Source: an uncultured Candidatus Nitrosopelagicus sp.
GTDB taxonomy: Archaea > Thermoproteota > Nitrososphaeria > Nitrososphaerales > Nitrosopumilaceae
Reading direction: 5' to 3'
Length of the DNA: 45,892 nt
Assembly: GCA_964497885.1 (NCBI GenBank)
Contig: CAZCFF010000001.1
Location: 1,824 to 47,715 of the forward strand
Shown: positions 17,440-25,924 of the stretch, one piece after another
Layout of the letters: every line of letters begins with the position of its first letter
How positions within the stretch are numbered: the first letter of the stretch is position 1
The notes under the pieces: generated by a model
The model's database searches: none
Told to the model about the DNA's origin: nothing
The model's input: only the letters and a program-made list of their open reading frames with translations
Position numbers and translations under genes: made by a program

Positions 17440-17842
17440 CACCTGATATAGTAAGCAAAGGATCACGTGCAGTATCTCCAGATACAATTCTAACAGCAAT
17501 AAGATCACCCACATTAAATTTTAGTGAAAGATCATTTTTGGTAGGATCATAATCCCTTCCAAATATATCAAATGCAGGAAGTATTCCTATACGGTAAGAG
17601 TTTATGTCAACTTCCCATACCATAGAAGTATGTGATTTGATTTTACCAATTACTAAATCATCACTTTTTGGAATATAAAATCCTGTTAAAGGCTTTACAC
17701 TAGCTTCATTATCACTTATCTCACAAAATCCAATTTTGGTTGAGAGTAATCTATTATGATCAAGTATAATATTTTCTGATGGTTCATATGAACCAGAAAT
17801 TGTATCACCTGGTAAAACAAACTGATTTTTATTTTCACTCAT
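17168..17842 (-). CDS. rrp4: Second Rrp4 paralog with degenerate KH loop
   Basis: VLPGD, YIPKSDDLVIGKI, IPRLIDKHSSM and GQNG. Full length, with 4-bp overlaps to both neighbours. Confidence 0.88.
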   Translation of the reverse strand: MSENKNQFVLPGDTISGSYEPSENIILDHNRLLSTKIGFCEISDNEASVKPLTGFYIPKSDDLVIGKIKSHTSMVWEVDINSYRIGILPAFDIFGRDYDPTKNDLSLKFNVGDLIAVRIVSGDTARDPLLTISGENLGKIDSGELVKISPAKIPRLIDKHSSMIQSIESSTGTSITIGQNGLIVLKSENNSNVNKIIKVFKMLDSTTDDSNMEEKIQKILDENN

Positions 17843-18528
17843 TTTAGAACCTCTACAAAGGCGGTACCCTTTGTTACTGCGCCTAATCTGTCAATCACAT
17901 TTGGTCTTATTCCAGCTGGTATTTCTAGTATCGCTTTTAATGAACCGTTCGGTTGCCAATCTTCTTTTTTCAAAACACCTGTAGATTTTAAGACAGTGTA
18001 TGATTGTGCTACATATTGAGCAGGTACAGATATTTCTAACAAAAGATTTTCCGATTTTAATGGAATTATTGAACGTAGTTTCTCGATTATATCTTTAGTC
18101 TGTTCATCTACATTTTTGAATGGATCAATACTAACACGAGCATCGGTCATAGCTTGCTCAATTCTTAGTGGTGGATGAGGTAGGTGAGAACGTGGGTCAA
18201 CAAATGTTTTTGCAATAAATGTAATTATCTGCTTTCTTTTTTCTGAAGTCATTTTTCGACGCTGATCAGTTGTTAAATTCAGATCTCCCTTTTCTATGAT
18301 TTTTGTAGCAATAGTTACGATATCTTCTGTTTTGAATACTTTTTGCAGTTTTTCTGATGATGCTCTGGTACCTTTCCCCGCATCTGAATAAATTTCATCA
18401 GAGACCAAGATAGAATTGATATCTTTTAGTTTCCCTAGCTTGTAATCTAATGCAGGATCAGGCTTAACCAAAATTTCAAATCTATCGCCCTCAAATGTGT
18501 ATTTAGCTATCGAGAATTTATCTGTCAT
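17839..18528 (-). CDS. sdo1: Ribosome maturation protein SBDS/Sdo1
   Basis: FEILVKPD and DPRSHLPHPPLRIEQAM motifs. ATG at 18528 preferred. Confidence 0.95.
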   Translation of the reverse strand: MTDKFSIAKYTFEGDRFEILVKPDPALDYKLGKLKDINSILVSDEIYSDAGKGTRASSEKLQKVFKTEDIVTIATKIIEKGDLNLTTDQRRKMTSEKRKQIITFIAKTFVDPRSHLPHPPLRIEQAMTDARVSIDPFKNVDEQTKDIIEKLRSIIPLKSENLLLEISVPAQYVAQSYTVLKSTGVLKKEDWQPNGSLKAILEIPAGIRPNVIDRLGAVTKGTAFVEVLK

Positions 18529-18612
18529 AGTAATAATAGGAAGCATTATTGATATTAATCTATAATTCTCTAGCTAGATTTTTATTTGGATCTTAAAGTT
18601 TTTCAGTAAGAT

Positions 18613-19215
18613 TTGTCTTCTATTCAAACCCTAAACGCCAATGAGAAAAAAATCACCCTCAAATTGAAGGGTTTCTCCTTACAATATGCAAATGCACTTA
18701 GAAGAATATGCCTTAATGGTGTTCCAATTTTTGCTATAGATACTGTAGATATAATTGAGAATTCGTCTGTTTTGGCAGATGAGGGTATAGCACATAGATT
18801 AGGAATGATTCCTCTTAAAACAGATGTTACAAGATTTGATGAATCAGATTCTCGAGTAATGCTTGTTCTTGATTCTGGAGATGTTGATACAACCAAAACT
18901 ATAACTTCTGCAGATCTTTCATCGAATGATGAAATAGTAAAACCAACATCTGATAAAATTCCAATTATAGAATTAGCGCCTGGACAAAAAGTAAAGCTTG
19001 AAGCATACGCAAGACTTGGTAAAGGAACAGAACATGCTAAATGGAATTCAGCTAATGTTTCAATATTAACTGACAGTGATAAAGAAGGTGAGCACCTTTT
19101 AACAGTAGAAACTACTGGATCTCTTGAACCAATGGAAATAATATCTGCTGGTATGGAAGAACTCAATAGAAGGTTAGAAGAATTTAAAGAAGATATTACT
19201 AACTTGGACAAATGA
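18613..19215 (+). CDS. rpoD: RNA polymerase subunit Rpo3 (D)
   Basis: ANALRR, NSSVLADEGIAHRLGMIPL and GTEHAKW motifs. Confidence 0.95.
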   Translation: MSSIQTLNANEKKITLKLKGFSLQYANALRRICLNGVPIFAIDTVDIIENSSVLADEGIAHRLGMIPLKTDVTRFDESDSRVMLVLDSGDVDTTKTITSADLSSNDEIVKPTSDKIPIIELAPGQKVKLEAYARLGKGTEHAKWNSANVSILTDSDKEGEHLLTVETTGSLEPMEIISAGMEELNRRLEEFKEDITNLDK

Positions 19216-19257
19216 TGTTCATACTATTATATTTGGGTTCTAAGTGGTGATGAGTTA

Positions 19258-19605
19258 ATGGTAAATCAAACAGTCTTGCATATGGTTAAAGATCTGAAAC
19301 AAGCTTCAAAAAAGCATGAAGCACCTATTTGGTCTAAATTAGCAACTCTTGCTTTAAAGACTTCATCTTCAAAACGAGTGGTAAACTTGACAAAAATAAA
19401 TAATCTTACAAAAGATGGTGATATTATTTTTGTACCTGGTAAAATATTAGGAACTGGAAATTTATCTCATAAAATTACATTATCATCATTCTCCATATCT
19501 GTAAATGCTGCAAAAAAAATAGTTCAGGCTGGTGGTAACATACTAAAATTTAATGATATGATTACAAAATTCCCAACAGGAAAAGGTGTAATGATTCTTG
19601 GTTAA
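19258..19605 (+). CDS. rpl18e: 50S ribosomal protein eL18
   Basis: APIW, VNLTKIN and VPGKILGTG motifs. Synteny with rpoD and rpl13. Confidence 0.95.
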   Translation: MVNQTVLHMVKDLKQASKKHEAPIWSKLATLALKTSSSKRVVNLTKINNLTKDGDIIFVPGKILGTGNLSHKITLSSFSISVNAAKKIVQAGGNILKFNDMITKFPTGKGVMILG

Positions 19606-20173
19606 AACAGAATCAGCTACTAAAGCAAAGTCAGCTCCTAAAACAGAATCAGCTACTAAAGCAAAGTCAGCTCCTAAAACAGAATCAGCTACTAAGGCAA
19701 AGTCATCTGCTAAAGCAAAAGACAAACCTATTGATAAAACTAGTAGACCTATTGTAGTAGATGGGACAAATCATATTGCAGGAAGACTTTGTTCTAATAT
19801 TGCAAAATTATTACTTCAAGGTAATAGAGTATCAATAATCAACTCTGAAAATATAATGATTAGTGGTCGTAAGCAAAACATTGTTGGTGAGTATAGAGAA
19901 TTTCTAGAAATATCAAGTATACTACATCCTAAACACGGACCTTTCCATCCTAGAAAACCTGATACTATAATTAGCAGAATGATAAGAGGAATGCTTCCCA
20001 GGGATAAGCCATCTGGTCAAGCTGCACTAAAAAGACTGAGAGCTTATGTGGGTGTTCCAAAAGAATTGAAATCTATAGAAAAAACTCAGTTTGAAAAATC
20101 AATAATCAGAAAATCGAATGCTTATTACACAAGTATGGGCGAATTAGGAAAATATGTTGGTTGGAATGCATGA
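19598..20173 (+). CDS. rpl13: 50S ribosomal protein uL13 with repetitive N-terminal extension
   Basis: VDGTNHIAGRL, GPFHPRKPD and IRGMLP motifs. Confidence 0.95.
   Translation: MVKTESATKAKSAPKTESATKAKSAPKTESATKAKSSAKAKDKPIDKTSRPIVVDGTNHIAGRLCSNIAKLLLQGNRVSIINSENIMISGRKQNIVGEYREFLEISSILHPKHGPFHPRKPDTIISRMIRGMLPRDKPSGQAALKRLRAYVGVPKELKSIEKTQFEKSIIRKSNAYYTSMGELGKYVGWNA
19604..19711 (+). repeat. 3 x 36-bp in-frame tandem repeat (KTESATKAKSAP)
   Basis: aaaacagaatcagctactaaagcaaagtcagctcct occurs twice exactly, followed by a slightly diverged third copy. Confidence 0.93.
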
Positions 20174-20616
20174 CTAAAAACGAAATTTATTTTGCAACAA
20201 GAAAGACTGCTAGTGCTCATGTATACATTACAAAGGGTGTAGGTAAAGTTAGAATAAATAACGTACCACTTGAAATGATAGGACAAGAAACTGCTCGTGA
20301 AGTGATGTTAGCACCTTTAGAAATATGTGGAGAAGAAAATAGAAATAAAATTAATGTTTCAGTAAGAGTTAGTGGTGGAGGTTTTATGGGACAAGCTTAT
20401 GCAGTTTCTACTGCTATATCTAGGGCACTAACAGGATGGACTAAACATAGAAATGATCCAAAAGATCATCCATTTCCAAAATCAGTTAGAACTGATCTAA
20501 AAAAGAGAATTGAAGAGTTTGATAAGTACTTAATTAGTGGGGATGCAAGAAGGAAGGAACCAAAGAAGTTTGGTGGCCCTGGTGCAAGAAGACGAAAACA
20601 AAAATCATACCGATAG
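20170..20616 (+). CDS. rps9: 30S ribosomal protein uS9
   Basis: RKTA, GGGFMGQA and RRKEPKKFGGPGARRRKQKSYR motifs. ATG at 20170. Confidence 0.97.
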   Translation: MTKNEIYFATRKTASAHVYITKGVGKVRINNVPLEMIGQETAREVMLAPLEICGEENRNKINVSVRVSGGGFMGQAYAVSTAISRALTGWTKHRNDPKDHPFPKSVRTDLKKRIEEFDKYLISGDARRKEPKKFGGPGARRRKQKSYR

Positions 20617-20623
20617 AAAATAT

Positions 20624-20974
20624 TCAAGTTTCAGGCATTACAGAAGAGTGATGTGAGACAATTTTCCATTCGCCATTATATTTCTGATAGACAAATGAGA
20701 ACCTCGCATTAATTGTCTTACCACCTGTTACAAAATTATAAAGACCAGAATTTACTGACAATGTTTCAGAAGTAGAGAGATGCTCAGATACAATCTCCAC
20801 TTCAACTGGAGATTTTAGCAGATTCTCAAAATACTCAAGAATTAATTCGTGTCCAATTCTTTCCTTATTGGAAAATGTTCCCAGTAGGATTCCATCTCCA
20901 TGATAAAGATCTGTAACTTGCTTTGGGTCACCACTTTTTATTGCATTAACCCATGTTTGCAAAAGTTCATTCAT
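20624..20974 (-). CDS. NTF2/SnoaL-like (DUF4440-type) protein
   Basis: LY..DGILLGT, SGLYNF and ARFSFVY..WKIVSHHSS motifs. Confidence 0.85.
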   Translation of the reverse strand: MNELLQTWVNAIKSGDPKQVTDLYHGDGILLGTFSNKERIGHELILEYFENLLKSPVEVEIVSEHLSTSETLSVNSGLYNFVTGGKTINARFSFVYQKYNGEWKIVSHHSSVMPET

Positions 20975-21007
20975 TACAAATATAGAATTTTTTAATTGTA
21001 ATTTAAT

Positions 21008-21766
21008 CTAGCGTAAGCCCCATCTAGTCATAACTTTATCTTCAATTTTCTTAAACACTAACCCTTCAGTCAGTATTCCAATTCCCATTATTACTAGCAT
21101 TATTGCTATCACCTGTGATACATCATTTAGCTGTCTACCAACATTAAGAAGAAAACCAAGACCCAAGAATGAGAATAGAAGCTCTGCGCCAATTACACCT
21201 CTCCAGGCAAATGCCCAGCCCTGTTTGAATCCAGATATAATATATGGAAATGCAGCAGGAATCAATACGGTAATGATAAGCTGACCCTCTTTTGCACCCA
21301 TGTTTCTTGCCGCTTCAATGTATGATGGATTGATATTTTTCACACCCGTGTAAGTATTGATGGTTACAGCAAATATTGCACCAATGGCTGTAACAAAAAT
21401 AATTCCAGTGTCAGTAAGACCAAACCAGAGAATTGCAAGTGGTACCCAAGCTATAGATGGAATTGATTGTAAGCCAAGAACCAAGGAACCAATTGTTTGG
21501 TTAACCGTTTCTACCCTCGCCATAAAAATTCCGAGTACCAAACCACCAGCAATAGCTATTCCCAAACCAATAATAAGTCTCAATAAACTTGTTCCAATTC
21601 CAAAAAATAGACTAGCATCAGATATACCATATGCTAAGTCTTCCAGAACTTCAAATGGAGATGGAAATATGTTATCCGGCCAGATCTCGGCACTGTCAAT
21701 ACCTTGCCATGCTATGATTATGATTGCATAGAAACCAATTTTTTTTGCTAACACATTGGGTTTCAT
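21008..21766 (-). CDS. NitT/TauT-family ABC transporter permease
   Basis: IPSIAWVPLAILWFG and the EAA loop EAARNMGA. Confidence 0.93.
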   Translation of the reverse strand: MKPNVLAKKIGFYAIIIIAWQGIDSAEIWPDNIFPSPFEVLEDLAYGISDASLFFGIGTSLLRLIIGLGIAIAGGLVLGIFMARVETVNQTIGSLVLGLQSIPSIAWVPLAILWFGLTDTGIIFVTAIGAIFAVTINTYTGVKNINPSYIEAARNMGAKEGQLIITVLIPAAFPYIISGFKQGWAFAWRGVIGAELLFSFLGLGFLLNVGRQLNDVSQVIAIMLVIMGIGILTEGLVFKKIEDKVMTRWGLR

Positions 21767-22518
21767 TTTTTTACCTCAGGTCGAAGCTCTGCCAAAATCT
21801 TTTTTTGATATGGCAAAAGATTTTCATCGTCTGTTAATCTAGGACGTTGATAATCGATTTCTACTTCCTTCTTAATTTTTGCTGGTCTATGAGAAAATAT
21901 CAAAACACGCGTTCCCAAAACAACTGCTTCTGCAACATTATGTGTTACAAAAATGATAGTTTTCTTTGTCTTTTGCCATATTAATTGCATCTCTACTAAC
22001 AAAAGATCTCTTGTCTGTGGATCTAATGCTGCAAATGGTTCATCCATCAATAACACATCAGGTTCCATTACCAATGCTCGAGCTATAGCTACACGCTGTT
22101 TCATTCCGGTTGAAAGTTGGTAAGTATATGATGTAGCAAATTGAGTAAGTTGCATCATATCCAAATATCTGTGTGATATTTCGTTTCTTTTTTCTTTAGG
22201 AATTCCAGCCACTTTTAGTCCATATTCTACATTATCTTGTACATTTAGCCATGGAAATAATGCACCCTCCTGAAACACCATTATCCTATCCGGACCAGTA
22301 TCACTTAGTGGTTGACCATCAAGAAGAATCTTACCACCATCGGGTCTTTCCAATCCTGCAATAGTACGAAGAAAAGTTGATTTTCCACATCCTGATGTAC
22401 CAACAATACATACAAACTCTCCGTCGTTAACATTTAGATTTATACCATCTAATGTCTTGAGTTGTTTCCCATCATGCTGAAAATATTTTTCAATATTCTT
22501 GGCTTCTAATTTACCCAT
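21763..22518 (-). CDS. NitT/TauT-family ABC transporter ATPase
   Basis: Walker A GTSGCGKST, signature LSTGM, Walker B LLMDEPFAALD. Confidence 0.95.
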   Translation of the reverse strand: MGKLEAKNIEKYFQHDGKQLKTLDGINLNVNDGEFVCIVGTSGCGKSTFLRTIAGLERPDGGKILLDGQPLSDTGPDRIMVFQEGALFPWLNVQDNVEYGLKVAGIPKEKRNEISHRYLDMMQLTQFATSYTYQLSTGMKQRVAIARALVMEPDVLLMDEPFAALDPQTRDLLLVEMQLIWQKTKKTIIFVTHNVAEAVVLGTRVLIFSHRPAKIKKEVEIDYQRPRLTDDENLLPYQKKILAELRPEVKK

Positions 22519-22520
22519 TT

Positions 22521-23543
22521 CTACAAGTCACCATTATTCACATTTAAAACAGCATTGTAAAAAATTCCATCCAAATTGTAACCAGATCTTCCAAGATATT
22601 CCAAGGAATCAGCACGTTCTGCAAATATTATTACAGAATTTTTAATTGGATCTGATGTAATTGTTATATTTGAAAAAGATTCATCAATAATTTCTGTTGG
22701 TAAGGATTTACCCATATAATCTATCAAAAAATTACTGAAGAGTGATTTTGATTTATTTGGGTTTGAATTTATCCATGTAACTGTTTTTTCATGTGACTCG
22801 ATCCATTTTTGGACAGTTTCAGGATTATTCTCAAGATATTCCGTTCTGGCTATCAATAACACAGAAGCAAATTCTTCATTAGGCCATAATTTTTCTTCAT
22901 TAAATAATCTAATTCCGTCTAATTCTTGTACCAACATTGTAGCCCATGGTTCCGGAACCCAAGCTCCATCAATATCACCTTTTGCAAACAAAGTATAGAT
23001 ATCAGGATTTGAAATATTTAAAACAAAAACAGTTCCTCCCTTTTCAACTGATTTGAGACCATGTAATTCTAGATAATGCCGAAGAGATACATCCTGACTA
23101 TTACTTATTTGTGGACTTGCGATACGTTTTCCATCAAAATTTTCAATTGATTCTAATCCAGAATTTGGTTGTATGATAAAACTTGCTCCACCACTAGCAG
23201 CTCCTGATAAAATTTTAATATCTTTACCATCAGATTTTAAAAAGCCGTTAATGATTGGGCCAGGTCCAACATAAGCAATATCAATTGAACCCGAAAAAAT
23301 TGATTCTATTACTTGTGGACCACTATCAAATAATTTTATTTCAATTTGTTTTTCTTCACCAAGTTCTTTTTCAAAAATTTTCTCTTCTAACCCAACTATT
23401 GGTATAATATGTCCAATACTAGGAAAGAATGCAACTCTGATTTTGTCCTGATTGATTTGATCAAAGTTACCGAAAGAAGTTATAGTTATAGCAATAGCTA
23501 CAATTACTACAATACCACCCAGTGCCATGCCTAAGATTTTCAT
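22521..23543 (-). CDS. NitT/TauT (SsuA-like) substrate-binding protein
   Basis: N-terminal membrane anchor. SGP..IDIAYVGPGP and AWVPEPW motifs. Confidence 0.9.
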   Translation of the reverse strand: MKILGMALGGIVVIVAIAITITSFGNFDQINQDKIRVAFFPSIGHIIPIVGLEEKIFEKELGEEKQIEIKLFDSGPQVIESIFSGSIDIAYVGPGPIINGFLKSDGKDIKILSGAASGGASFIIQPNSGLESIENFDGKRIASPQISNSQDVSLRHYLELHGLKSVEKGGTVFVLNISNPDIYTLFAKGDIDGAWVPEPWATMLVQELDGIRLFNEEKLWPNEEFASVLLIARTEYLENNPETVQKWIESHEKTVTWINSNPNKSKSLFSNFLIDYMGKSLPTEIIDESFSNITITSDPIKNSVIIFAERADSLEYLGRSGYNLDGIFYNAVLNVNNGDL

Positions 23544-23662
23544 AAAACAGCGTTATAATTCAGGGTTAAATAGTAAGCGGATTTTAGCTCGAGCTATGCG
23601 GTAATTTGTAAAATATAACGAAAGATAAGAGATAAATGCAAAACATATTACTCATTTCCCTT

Positions 23663-24850
23663 ATGAAACAAAAAGCTATACTTGCATTTTCAGGTGGTCT
23701 TGATACCTCTGTTGTTGTAAAGTATCTTCAAGCTGAACATAACATGGATGTTATAACAATCACTGTTGATGTTGGCCAAGGTGATAATTATAAACAAATT
23801 TCTAAAAAAGCAAAAAAGCTTGGAGTTGTAAAACATTACAATATAGATGCAAAAAAAGAATTTGTGACAGATTATATTTTTCCTTCAATTATGGCAAATG
23901 CATTATACCAAAAAAAATATTGTCTAGCAACTGCACTTGCTCGTCCATTAATTGCTCAAAAAGTTTTACAAATTGCAAAAAAGGAAAAAGTAACTGCACT
24001 TGCACATGGATGTTCAGGTAAAGGTAATGATCAAGTTAGATTTGATTTAACTATGCGTGCAGGTTCTAATCTACCAATAATTGCACCAATAAGGGATCTT
24101 AATTTGGATAGAACTACTGAATTAAAATTTGCAAAGAAACATGGAATAAAAATTGATAATGTTGCAAAAAAATTTAGTATTGATCAGAACTTATGGGGTC
24201 GTGCGATTGAAGGTGGAGTATTAGAAAATCCTATCAATGAACCTCCTGATGATGCATTTATTTGGATTAAAACAAAAAATCTTCCAAATAAACCTGCTTA
24301 CATGAAAATTAAATTTGAAAAAGGAGTCCCTGTTGCAATAGATGGGAAATCTATGAATCCAGTAAAACTAATTGAATATGCTAATAAAAAAGCGGGTGCT
24401 CATGGAGTTGGGATTGTTGATCATATTGAAGATCGTGTGGTTGGAATCAAATCACGAGAAGTTTATGAAACTCCTGGTGCATTATGCTTGATTGAAGCTC
24501 ATTCAGATCTGGAAAAAATGGTTCACACAAAACATCAAACTAAATTCAAATCATTAGTGGATGATGAATGGTCATGGTTAACATACTCTGGTCTCTGGGA
24601 GGATCCATTAAGAAAAGATCTTGACATGTTTATACAACAAACACAGAAAGTAGTTTCTGGTACAGTTGTGTTAAAATTATTCAAAGGTAGCATTCGTGTA
24701 GTTGGACGTGAGTCAAAAAATTCCCTATATAGCCACAAAATTGCCACATATGGAAAAGGATCAAAGTTTGATCAAAAACTAGCTAAAGGATTTGTCGAAT
24801 TGTGGGGAATTCAATCAACAGAAGCTAATAAATTACATAAGAAATCCTGA
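23663..24850 (+). CDS. argG: Argininosuccinate synthase
   Basis: AFSGGLDTS, HGCSGKGNDQVRF and GIKSREVYETP motifs. ATG at 23663. Confidence 0.97.
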   Translation: MKQKAILAFSGGLDTSVVVKYLQAEHNMDVITITVDVGQGDNYKQISKKAKKLGVVKHYNIDAKKEFVTDYIFPSIMANALYQKKYCLATALARPLIAQKVLQIAKKEKVTALAHGCSGKGNDQVRFDLTMRAGSNLPIIAPIRDLNLDRTTELKFAKKHGIKIDNVAKKFSIDQNLWGRAIEGGVLENPINEPPDDAFIWIKTKNLPNKPAYMKIKFEKGVPVAIDGKSMNPVKLIEYANKKAGAHGVGIVDHIEDRVVGIKSREVYETPGALCLIEAHSDLEKMVHTKHQTKFKSLVDDEWSWLTYSGLWEDPLRKDLDMFIQQTQKVVSGTVVLKLFKGSIRVVGRESKNSLYSHKIATYGKGSKFDQKLAKGFVELWGIQSTEANKLHKKS

Positions 24851-24859
24851 AAAAAAATA

Positions 24860-25027
24860 ATGAATTGCCCAGAATGTGACGCACAGTTGAATATCCCTGA
24901 TGATGCCGCTGTTGGTGAAATAGTTTCATGTAGTGATTGTGGAGCCGATTTTGAGATTTCCAAAAAAGATGGTTCTACAGTAGAAATTAAACAAGCAGAG
25001 ACAGTAGGCGAAGATTGGGGCGAGTGA
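24860..25027 (+). CDS. lysW: Amino-group carrier protein LysW/ArgW (canonical EDWGE end)
   Basis: Hand translation MNCPECDAQLNIPDDAAVGEIVSCSDCGADFEISKKDGSTVEIKQAETVGEDWGE*. Not in ORF track. Confidence 0.95.
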   Translation: MNCPECDAQLNIPDDAAVGEIVSCSDCGADFEISKKDGSTVEIKQAETVGEDWGE

Positions 25028-25885
25028 TTGTCAAAAATTTGTATTGTGTTTGACCGTCTTAGGTCAGAAGAAAAGCTTCTTGAAAAACAAGCTATTGATC
25101 TTGGGCATGAAACCAAGATGGTTGATGCAAAAATAACTCATTTTGATACAGATAGTAATAATCAAAATACAGATTTTGGTGATGTAGTTTTAGAACGTTG
25201 TATAAGCTATTACAGAGGATTGCATTTCACTGCTTGTATTGAATTTTTGGATATTCCTATAATCAATAAATTCTCTGTCTCAAGTTTATGTGGAAATAAG
25301 ATGTTAACGTCAATTATATTAAAAAAGAATAATATCCCAACACCTAAAACATACTTTTCTTTTTCTGCTGATGCTGCATTAGAAAACATTGAAAAAATTG
25401 GTTACCCAGTGGTAATAAAACCAGTTGTAGGAAGTTGGGGACGAAGTATCATTCCATTAAAGGATAAAGATACAGCTGATGCAATAATTGAACAAAGACA
25501 AATTACGGATGGTCCATTAGATAGAATTTTCTATCTTCAAGAAGTTATTGATAGACCACCAAGAGATATTCGTGTTATAACTATTGGAGATAGACCAATC
25601 ACTGCTATGTATAGAAAATCTTCCGGTGGATTCAAAACTAATGTTGCACTTGGAGCTGATACTGAAATCTGTAATATCACAAATGAGATGGAAGATCTAT
25701 GCACAAAAGCATCAAAGGCAGTAGGTGGTGGTATATTAGGAATAGATCTAATGGAAGACAAAAAAAGAGGATTAGTGGTTCACGAGATCAATAATACAGT
25801 AGAATTTAAGGGATTGATCAAGGTTTCAAAAACGAACATCCCAAAAGAAATGATTGAATTTGCCCTAGACTCAATTAGAAAGTAA
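25028..25885 (+). CDS. argX: LysW-glutamate ligase ArgX (RimK-like ATP-grasp)
   Basis: KPVVGSWGR, RDIR and EINNTVEFKG motifs. Sits next to argG and lysW, and the EFKG signature is ArgX-like. Substrate is inferred. Confidence 0.8.
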   Translation: MSKICIVFDRLRSEEKLLEKQAIDLGHETKMVDAKITHFDTDSNNQNTDFGDVVLERCISYYRGLHFTACIEFLDIPIINKFSVSSLCGNKMLTSIILKKNNIPTPKTYFSFSADAALENIEKIGYPVVIKPVVGSWGRSIIPLKDKDTADAIIEQRQITDGPLDRIFYLQEVIDRPPRDIRVITIGDRPITAMYRKSSGGFKTNVALGADTEICNITNEMEDLCTKASKAVGGGILGIDLMEDKKRGLVVHEINNTVEFKGLIKVSKTNIPKEMIEFALDSIRK

Positions 25886-25924
25886 ACCGATTAATAACAA
25901 TAAATTATAGCAAATGCGAAGAAT

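Noticed and set aside
18624-19211. Long antisense ORFs (also 5744-6214, 6542-7198, 11005-11445, 39198-39716, 40877-41311 and others)
   Set aside because: They overlap well-identified genes on the opposite strand and have the Ser/Ile/Phe-rich composition typical of shadow frames.
19604-19711. 36-bp repeats as a CRISPR array
   Set aside because: The repeats are contiguous with no spacers, in frame within rpl13, and there are no cas genes.
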